Below the pieces are notes generated by a model that worked only from the letters and a program-made list of their open reading frames with translations, did not search any database and was not told the origin of the DNA. From Candidatus Eiseniibacteriota bacterium (GTDB lineage Bacteria; Eisenbacteria; RBG-16-71-46; CAVPCR01), in the NCBI GenBank assembly GCA_963823555.1, contig CAWGMA010000004.1, positions 256,001-320,000 of the forward strand: a stretch of DNA of 64,000 nt. The letters run 5' to 3'. Shown one piece after another: positions 41,183-49,200 of this stretch; the first letter of the stretch is position 1, and each line of letters opens with the position of its first letter. The position numbers and the translations under genes are program-made.

Positions 41183-43264
41183 ATGGGCTGGAACATGAGG
41201 TCGGGTAGGCGCCGCACGCGCACTGGGGAGAGGTCGGTGGAGGTCGGGCGCAAGTCCCCGCTGGCCCTCCTGCTCGTTCTTGCCGCCATGCTCTGGGCCG
41301 GTGCGGTGGGGGGGCAGCCGGCCAGCGATGACTGCCTCATGTGTCACGGTGAGCAGGGTCTCACCGGTGCCAATGCCGCCGGCCAGGAGATCTCGATCTA
41401 CGTCGATCCCGTGCTCTACTCGAACTCAGTGCATGGCGGCTTTTCCTGCGTCGATTGCCATTCCGGGGTGCCGGTCGAGCACGACCCCGATCTCGGCGCG
41501 GTCAGCTGCGCGACGTGTCATGAGGACATCGATCATGAGGTGCGGGCGAGCGATCACGGCAACGGCAATCACCGCCTCGGGGCCGGAGCCTGCACCATGT
41601 GCCATGGAGACGCGCATCAGATCCTGCCGGCGAGCGATCCGAACTCGCTGATGCACAAGACGAAGATGCCCCAGCAGTGCGCGACCTGCCATGAGAGCAA
41701 GACCCCGCCCCCGGTGGCCATGGGACATCCGATCACGGCCTATGCGCTCACGGTTCACGGTCTGGCCATCCTGGAGAGGGGCAATCTCGATGCGGCGAGC
41801 TGCACCGATTGCCATGGCGCCCACCACATCACGAAGGCTGCAAAACCGGATTCACCGGTGAATCGCTTCAACATCGAGAACACCTGCGGCAAGTGCCACG
41901 GCACCGTGGCCGAGGCCTACGCCAACAGCATCCATGGCGTGGCCCTGGCCCGCGGCGTCAGCGAATCCGCAGCGTGCACCGATTGCCACGGCGAGCACAC
42001 CATCCTCGCCCACACCGATCCTCACTCCTCGGTGTTCGCCACGGCGATCTCGACCGAGACCTGCGCTCGGTGTCATGCTGCCGAGCGGCTCACCTCCAAG
42101 CTGGGGATACCGGACCGCCGGGTCGAGAGCTACCAGCAGAGCTACCACGGGCTGGCCTCCGAGGCCGGGAAGACGACGGTCGCCAACTGCTCGAGCTGCC
42201 ATGGCGTGCACGACATCCTGCCCTCGAGCGATCCCCGCTCCTCGACCTACCAGGCCAACTTGCCGGGGACCTGCGGCAAGTGCCATCCGGGGGTTTCGCA
42301 GGCCACGTTCACCGGGCTCACGGTGCATGCCGGGCCCGAGGACTCGGTCCCCATCATCCGCTGGGTCGTGCTCTTCTACCAGATCGCGATCCCCGTCATC
42401 ATCGGCGGCATGCTCCTCCACCACGCGCTCGACTTCGGGCGCAAGTTCAAGCGCCACGTGGCCCGCGAGCGGTTGACGCGCTCCTTCCTGCGTTGGAGCG
42501 GGGGAGAGCGTCTGGAGCACCTCTTCCTGCTCGTCTCCTTCATCGCGCTGGCGTACTCCGGCTTCGCCATCAAGTGGCCCAAGGAGTTCTGGGCCGCGCC
42601 GTTCCAGTGGCTGGGCGGGGAAGGGTTCCGCGGCAACTTCCACCGCGTCTTCGCCGCGATCTTCATCATCCTGAGCTTCGAGCACACGATCCGCGTGATC
42701 CTGAAGCCCCGCGGACGGCGGCTCATTGCCGGACTGGCCTTCCGGATCAACGATATCCAGCATGCGCTCGGATTCATGCGGGGCAAGGTGCCTTCGATGC
42801 ATGCGCAGGATCCAAGCGGCTTCAGCTACGTGGCCAAGGCCGAGTACTGGGCGCTGGTCTGGGGTGGCGTGGTGATGTCGGTGACGGGCTTGCTCCTCGT
42901 CTTCCAGGACTGGACACTCGCCAACCTGCCGTCCTGGGTTCCTGATTTTGCGACCTACGTTCACTACTACGAGGCAGTGCTGGCAACGCTCGCCATCATC
43001 GTCTGGCATTTCTACTCGGTGATCTTCGACCCCGATGTCTATCCGCTCGACACGGCGATGCTGTCGGGGAAGGTGCATGCCGCTGGGCACGGGGCGGGAC
43101 ATGGCTCTGGTCACGGAGCCGCAAAGACGCCGTCCGGCCCGAATGTTCCAGCGGATTCCAGGCCGGCCGAGGGAGCGGGGCGGCCGGGAGCGGATGGCGA
43201 TGGTGGCGCGGGGTCGAGCCCGGGTGCCGCGCGGGAGACCCGGGCCCCGAGCCGACACGGATGA
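41183..43264 (+). CDS. CbcL-like fusion: 11-heme c-type domain + FdnI/HydC-type cytochrome b membrane domain
   Basis: 11 CxxCH counted; SY..SYHG repeats; cytochrome b His residues (RLEH, NFHR, YVHYYEA, VWHFY); KAEYWALVWG. Start uncertain (41159/41183/41237). Confidence 0.88.
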   Translation: MGWNMRSGRRRTRTGERSVEVGRKSPLALLLVLAAMLWAGAVGGQPASDDCLMCHGEQGLTGANAAGQEISIYVDPVLYSNSVHGGFSCVDCHSGVPVEHDPDLGAVSCATCHEDIDHEVRASDHGNGNHRLGAGACTMCHGDAHQILPASDPNSLMHKTKMPQQCATCHESKTPPPVAMGHPITAYALTVHGLAILERGNLDAASCTDCHGAHHITKAAKPDSPVNRFNIENTCGKCHGTVAEAYANSIHGVALARGVSESAACTDCHGEHTILAHTDPHSSVFATAISTETCARCHAAERLTSKLGIPDRRVESYQQSYHGLASEAGKTTVANCSSCHGVHDILPSSDPRSSTYQANLPGTCGKCHPGVSQATFTGLTVHAGPEDSVPIIRWVVLFYQIAIPVIIGGMLLHHALDFGRKFKRHVARERLTRSFLRWSGGERLEHLFLLVSFIALAYSGFAIKWPKEFWAAPFQWLGGEGFRGNFHRVFAAIFIILSFEHTIRVILKPRGRRLIAGLAFRINDIQHALGFMRGKVPSMHAQDPSGFSYVAKAEYWALVWGGVVMSVTGLLLVFQDWTLANLPSWVPDFATYVHYYEAVLATLAIIVWHFYSVIFDPDVYPLDTAMLSGKVHAAGHGAGHGSGHGAAKTPSGPNVPADSRPAEGAGRPGADGDGGAGSSPGAARETRAPSRHG

Positions 43265-43311
43265 TCCCCTCGAGAGAGATGAGTTCGGGCCGCAAACGGA
43301 GGACGCGCGGG

Positions 43312-46203
43312 ATGTCAGGCAACTTACGACGCTTGCTGGCGGCGGCAGGCCGGCTTGCGGGGCGGCGGGCGGGGCTCGTCGTTGCGATCGGCGTCGCCCT
43401 CGGGATCGCTCTCCTCATGGCCGGAGCCGATCTGGGCGGGCTCGGCGGGGGCGCGGCGCCGGCCTCGGCGCAGAGCGAGAAGCCGCTGCCTCCAGGGGCC
43501 GAGGCCTGCATCGATTGCCACGAGGCAGGCCGGCCCGGCCGTCGCGTGGCCGGGGAGCCGCCGCGATTCGACCCGGCCGCCATCCTCGCTTCGCCGCATT
43601 CCGGGCTCGATTGCACCGATTGCCACCAAGATCTGGCCGGCGCCGAGATGCCGCACGCCGAGGAGCTATCTCCCGTGGCGTGCGCCATGTGCCACGACCA
43701 GATCCAGACCCAGTTCGAGGAGAGCCTGCACGGAGTCGCCGCCAACCGGGGCGACCCGCTGGCTCCGACCTGTGCGACGTGCCACGGCAAGCACGACATC
43801 CGCCGCGCTTCGGATCCCGATGCCATGACCGCGGTCATCAACGTTCCGCTCCTGTGTGGTCGCTGTCATCACGAAGGGAGTCCGGTCTCGCTCACTCACT
43901 CCATCCCGCAGGACTCGATCCTCGAGAATTACTCGGAGTCGATCCACGGCGAGGGCCTCTTCAAGCAGGGTCTCGTGGTCACTGCCGTGTGCACGAGCTG
44001 TCACACGGCACACCATGTGCTGCCCCACACGGATCCACGGTCTTCGATTTCCCGCGGCAAGATCGCCGATACCTGTACCCAGTGCCACGGGCAGATCGAG
44101 GAGGTTCACCGCAAGGTGATCCGCGGCGAGCTCTGGGAGAAGCAGCCGCACATGATTCCGGCCTGTGTCGACTGCCACTCCCCGCACAAGGTGCGCAAGG
44201 TGTTCTACACCCAGGGACTCGCGGATCGCGACTGCATGCGCTGCCATGCACGCAGCGATCTGGCCTCGGCGACGGGCCTCGAGGCCGCGGATCTCCACGT
44301 CAATACGCACGAACTTGCCGGCTCGCGGCATGCCAAAGTGGCTTGCGTGCAGTGCCATACCGACTGCACGCCCTCGCGCGAGCGCGCCTGTGAGACCGTT
44401 ATCGAGCGCGTGGACTGTTCGATCTGCCACAATGAGGTCGTCGAGGAATACAAGGGGAGCACGGCATGGGCAGCTGGCCAGCGAGGGCAGCCCCGATGCT
44501 CCGGACTGCCGCGATTGCCACGGCACCCACGGCACGCTCGGCAAGACCGATTCCAAGTCGCCGATCTTCTCCCGCAACATTCCCGCTCTCTGCGGTCGCT
44601 GTCACCGGGTGGGGGAGAAGGCGGCCGTGCGGTACCAGGGGCACGAGACCGAGGTGGTCGAACACTATACCGAGTCGATCCACGGCAAGGGGCTCCTGGA
44701 GAGCGGGCTCACGGTCACCGCAACCTGTGCCAACTGCCACACCGCACACGGCGAGCTGCCGGCGAGCGATCCGACCTCGACTGTGAACCGAGCGAACATC
44801 GCCGAGACCTGCGCGCAGTGTCACCGGGGAATCTACGAGCTCTTCACCGCAAGCATCCACTCGGCAGACTGTGACCAAGACCGACAAGAAGCTGCCCGAT
44901 CTGTAGCGATTGTCACTCGGCCCACACGATCCGCCGCACCGACATCACCGATTTCCAGCTCCACATCATGGATCAGTGCGGCAACTGCCACGAGGACATC
45001 GCCGAGACCTACTTCGACACCTATCACGGCAAGGTGTCGAAGCTCGGGCTACGTGAAGACGGCCAAGTGCTACGACTGCCACGGGGCGCACGACATCCTT
45101 CCGGTCTGGAACCCCAGATCGCACCTGAGCCGTGAAAACATCGTCGAGACCTGTGCGCAATGTCATCCCGGCTCGAATCGCCGGTTCGCCGGCTATCTGA
45201 CCCACGCCACGCACCACGACCAGCACAAGTACCCGTTTCTCTTCTACGCCTTCTGGGGCATGACCGCTCTGCTCGCCGGAACCCTGAGCTTGGCTGGGAT
45301 GCACACGCTGGCCTGGCTGCCGCGCTCGCTCCAGTACCGGAAGAAGCTGAAGCAGGCTCACGCCGAAGACAAGAGCAAGACCTATGTGCGTCGCTTCCCG
45401 CCCTTCTACTCGAAGCTGCATCTGATGGTGATCGTGAGCTTCTTCGCCCTCGCGCTCACCGGAATGACGCTCAAGTTCTCCTACACGGACTGGGCGCGGG
45501 TGATGGCGCGGCTCTTCGGCGGCTTCGAGGCGGCCGGCTTCATCCACCGCGTCGCCGCCGTCATCACCTTCGCCTACTTCGCGCTCCATGTCTTCGATCT
45601 CATCAAGAGCAAGCGCAAGGCGGCGGGTGGGCTGGGCAAGCTCTTGCTCGGCCCCAACAGCATGCTGCCGACCCTCAACGATTTCCGCGAGTTCGTGCAG
45701 ATCCTACGCTGGTTCATCGGGATCGGGCCCGCGGCCCAACTACGGGCGCTGGACCTACTGGGAGAAGTTCGACTACTTCGCCGTGTTCTGGGGGGTGGCG
45801 ATGATCGGCACGACCGGGCTCCTGCTCTGGTTCCCCGAGTTCTTCACCCGCCTGATCCCCGGCTGGGTGCTGAACGTGGCCACCATCATCCACAGCGACG
45901 AGGCCCTGCTCGCGGTCGGCTTCATCTTCACCATCCACTTCTTCAACACGCACTTCCGCCCGGAGAAGTTCCCCATGGACACCGGTGATCTTCACCGGGC
46001 TGGTGCCGCTCGAGGAGTTCAAGCTGGACCGCCCGCGCGAGTACGCGGAGCTCGAGGCCTCGGGCCGTCTCGAGAGCCTGCTCGAGTCGGGGCCGGACCC
46101 GAAGACGGTTCGCAGGTGGCGCATCTTCGGATTCACGGCGCTCGCGATCGGGATCTCGCTGATCGGCCTGATCCTCTACGCCGCGATCTTCGCCTATCGG
46201 TAG
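43312..46203 (+). CDS. Second, larger CbcL-like c+b cytochrome (19 CxxCH, about 961 aa), split by six +1 frameshifts that are probably sequencing errors
   Basis: Removing one base near 44463, 44864, 44896, 45047, 45729 and 45983 gives one continuous ORF joining track ORFs 43261, 44165, 45588 and 45985; [34 protein letters not shown] cytochrome b motifs. Confidence 0.82.
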
Positions 46204-46213
46204 GCAAGGGCGG

Positions 46214-47428
46214 CTAGCGGGGGCGGGGCGTGGACTCCGGCGTGAACCAGCCCTGGGTGGCGAGGCAGATCCGGACCAGGAACAGCATCACCGGCACCTC
46301 GATCAAGACGCCGACCACGGTGGCGAGGGCGGCTCCGCTCGACAGGCCGAAGAGCAGCGTGGCGGTGGCGATCGCCACCTCGAAGTGGTTGGAGGCCCCG
46401 ATCAGCGCGGCGGGCGCGGCATACGCGTAGCGCAGGCGAAGCAGCCGGGCCAGGGCGTAGGCGAGCCAGAAGATGAGGTTCGTCTGCACGAAGAGGGGGA
46501 TCGCAATCCAGATGATGGTCAGGGGTTGCGAGACGATGACCTCGCCCTTGAAGGAGAAGAGCAGGACCAGGGTCAGGAGCAACGCCCCGATCGTGACCGG
46601 GGTCAGGAGATGGAGGAAGCGTTCCCGGAACCAGCGCTCGCCCTTGGTCGCGATGATGCGGCGGCGAGTCCAGTAGCCAGCGGCCAGCGGCAACGCCACG
46701 TAGATCGCAATCGAAAGCAGGAGTGCCTGCCACGGGACGGGGAGCCGGCCGACTCCCAGGAGGAAGCCCCCGAGCGGCCCGTAGAGGAAGAGCATGGTCA
46801 GCGAGTTGAGAGCGACCATGACCAGGGTGAGGCCGTCGCTGCCCCGGGCCAGAGTGCCCCAGACCAGCACCATCGCCGTGCAGGGCGCCACCCCGAGCAG
46901 GATGCAGCCGGCGAGGTAGCTCCGCCACAGCGGCACGGCGAGCATCTTGACGCCATCGACGAGGACGACCCGTCCCACGCCGTGCATCGCCCCCACCGGG
47001 AGATCGAGGCCGAGCGGCATCTTGAGCGTGTCCATGGCCTCGGGCCCGATCATTCCGCGGAACACGGTGCCGAGGAAGAAGACCGAGATCGCCACCATCG
47101 TGAAGGGCTTGATCGCCCAGTTCACGATCAGCGTGAGCAGCACCGGTTTCAGGCTGCTCTCGCGCCGAACCACGGTGGCGAAGTCGATCTTCACCATGAT
47201 CGGGTACATCATGAGGAAGAGGCAGACGGCGATCGGGATGGACACCACCGGGGCCCCGCCGACGCGGATCGAAAGACCATCGAGCGTGCGGGCTACCTCG
47301 GGCGCCGCCTTGCCGAGCCCGATCCCCGCCATGATGCAGAGCACGACCCAGAGCGTGAGGTAGCGCTCGAAGGCCCCGAGCCCGCGGCCTGCGGCGGCCG
47401 GGGCCCCGCTTGACTGCGCCTTCTTCAT
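46214..47428 (-). CDS. acr3: Acr3-family arsenite efflux transporter
   Basis: [61 protein letters not shown]. Confidence 0.95.
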   Translation of the reverse strand: MKKAQSSGAPAAAGRGLGAFERYLTLWVVLCIMAGIGLGKAAPEVARTLDGLSIRVGGAPVVSIPIAVCLFLMMYPIMVKIDFATVVRRESSLKPVLLTLIVNWAIKPFTMVAISVFFLGTVFRGMIGPEAMDTLKMPLGLDLPVGAMHGVGRVVLVDGVKMLAVPLWRSYLAGCILLGVAPCTAMVLVWGTLARGSDGLTLVMVALNSLTMLFLYGPLGGFLLGVGRLPVPWQALLLSIAIYVALPLAAGYWTRRRIIATKGERWFRERFLHLLTPVTIGALLLTLVLLFSFKGEVIVSQPLTIIWIAIPLFVQTNLIFWLAYALARLLRLRYAYAAPAALIGASNHFEVAIATATLLFGLSSGAALATVVGVLIEVPVMLFLVRICLATQGWFTPESTPRPR

Positions 47429-47880
47429 GACGTCTCCCTGATGGTGCGCGGCCGCATGCTCTCGAGCGAGTGGGGGAGCCCCGCCACGAAAGCGCGGATC
47501 TCGTCGCGCACCCGCCGGTAGTGATCGAGGGCCTTTTCCTCGTCGATCTCGTCCCGGGCAAGCGCCGGTGGGTCATCGAAACCGACATGAACCACGCGTG
47601 TGGCTCGCGGAAAGGACGGGCAGTGCTCGTCGGCATGCCCGCAGACCGTGACCACCCAGTCGAACTCGATCGCCGCCACCTCATCGAAGTGCTTGGCGCG
47701 CTGCCCCGAGATGTCGATCCCGGCCTCGGCCATGACGCGGACCGCACGGGGATCCAGCCGGCCGGGAGCGACGCCGGCGGAATGGGCGGCGATCCGCTCG
47801 CCATGCAGGTGGCGGGCGAGACCCTCGGCCATCTGGCTGCGGCAGGAATTGCCGGTGCAGAGGAAGAGGACCGTGAGCAT
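47425..47880 (-). CDS. arsC: Thioredoxin-dependent arsenate reductase (LMW-PTP fold)
   Basis: [37 protein letters not shown]; coupled to acr3. Confidence 0.92.
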   Translation of the reverse strand: MLTVLFLCTGNSCRSQMAEGLARHLHGERIAAHSAGVAPGRLDPRAVRVMAEAGIDISGQRAKHFDEVAAIEFDWVVTVCGHADEHCPSFPRATRVVHVGFDDPPALARDEIDEEKALDHYRRVRDEIRAFVAGLPHSLESMRPRTIRETS

Positions 47881-47893
47881 TACCGTCTGAGCC

Positions 47894-48634
47894 CTAGCCC
47901 ATGAACCGGCGCCAGTCCTCGAGCGATCGCACCTGCAGGTAGACGTTGGCGCGCCGTTCCTGGGCAAGCGTCGAGGTCGGTGTCGGACCATAGTCGTGTC
48001 CGGGGAAGAGAACGGTCGATTCGGGTAGCCGGGTGAGACGCTGGGTCAGCGTGCGGTACATCTCGTCGGGATCGCCTCCGGGTAGATCGACCCGCCCACA
48101 GCCCTGGACGAAGAGCGTGTCCCCGGCCACCAGGCGCCCGCCGACGAGGAAGCACTGGCTTCCCGGCGTGTGCCCCGGGGTATGCACGAGCTCGATCTCG
48201 ACCTCGCCAATGCGGACAATATCCCCACCCTCGTGGGGGACCAGATCGGTGCTGCTGAGCCCCGTGACGAGGCGGATCCCACGGACCTCGCTCTTGTGCG
48301 CATGGGCCCGCGCCCCGGTGAGCTCGACGAGGCGGGCGAGCCCGACCACGGAGTGGCCGAACAGGTCGCCGCCGACATGATCGGGGTGGTAGTGGGTGCA
48401 GAGGGCTCCCGTGATGCGCATCCCATCGGCGGTAGCCAGGGCGACGAGCCCATCCACATCCCAGGCTGGATCCACGACCAGGCACTCGCCGCGTTCGCGA
48501 TCCCCGATCAGGTAGACGAAGTTGACCATCTGGGCCGCGATCGGGTCGGTCGCGGCGATCTCGCGCCCGCAGAGGAGCTGGCGGAAGTAGAGGCGGGAAG
48601 GTTCAGGACTCATCGTCGTCTCGGTCCTCGCCAT
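47894..48634 (-). CDS. Metallo-beta-lactamase-fold hydrolase (glyoxalase II-like)
   Basis: THYHPDH, HTPGHTPGS, GDTLFVQGCGRVDLPGG, PGHDY. Confidence 0.9.
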   Translation of the reverse strand: MARTETTMSPEPSRLYFRQLLCGREIAATDPIAAQMVNFVYLIGDRERGECLVVDPAWDVDGLVALATADGMRITGALCTHYHPDHVGGDLFGHSVVGLARLVELTGARAHAHKSEVRGIRLVTGLSSTDLVPHEGGDIVRIGEVEIELVHTPGHTPGSQCFLVGGRLVAGDTLFVQGCGRVDLPGGDPDEMYRTLTQRLTRLPESTVLFPGHDYGPTPTSTLAQERRANVYLQVRSLEDWRRFMG

Positions 48635-48671
48635 GGTCTGGGGACGGGATCCGTCTCATGTTTGCCGTTCC

Positions 48672-49139
48672 TCACAGCACCCGTGCCGACTCGTACCGTC
48701 GCATCCGTTCCAGGAGCTCCGCAGGTGAACCGGCCGTGAGCAGCGCCTCCGCTGTGCGAGCATCCTTGAGCAGGCGGGCCAGCGCGGCCAGGAGCCGCAG
48801 ATGCTCGCCGTGGTTGGCGAGCGGGGAGAGGAGGAGCACCACGAGCCTAGCCGTGGCCCCGGTCTCCTCGTCCCACAGGACAGGACGGGCGAGACGGGTC
48901 CACCCGCACAGGCTCCTGGTGAGACCAGGCACGCGGGCGTGGGGTAGCGCGAGATCGCGCGTGAGGAGCGTCGACTGCTTCCCCTCACGCTCGGTGAGGA
49001 TCCGCTCGGCCTCCTCGGGACTCGCGAGCGCGCCGGAAGCGACCGCCCGCGCCAGCAGGGCGGAGATGACGGCCGACTTCTCCGTGCAATCGGGGTCGAG
49101 GAGGATCATATCTTCGGGCAGGATCTCCGCGATCGCCAT
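48672..49139 (-). CDS. Stand-alone PTS EIIA (Fru/Ntr-type) domain protein
   Basis: EREGKQST...ALPHAR (phospho-His), HLRLLAALARLL. Confidence 0.82.
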   Translation of the reverse strand: MAIAEILPEDMILLDPDCTEKSAVISALLARAVASGALASPEEAERILTEREGKQSTLLTRDLALPHARVPGLTRSLCGWTRLARPVLWDEETGATARLVVLLLSPLANHGEHLRLLAALARLLKDARTAEALLTAGSPAELLERMRRYESARVL

Positions 49140-49200
49140 GGTCACCTCCACCTCGGGAACAATATCGCAATCCCGGGCGGCCTTTCGACACTTCTCGTCC

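Noticed and set aside
44460..45990. Programmed frameshifting or RNA editing as the explanation for six +1 insertions
   Set aside because: No slippery heptamers or shared context; six successive recoding events are implausible and sequencing error is simpler.
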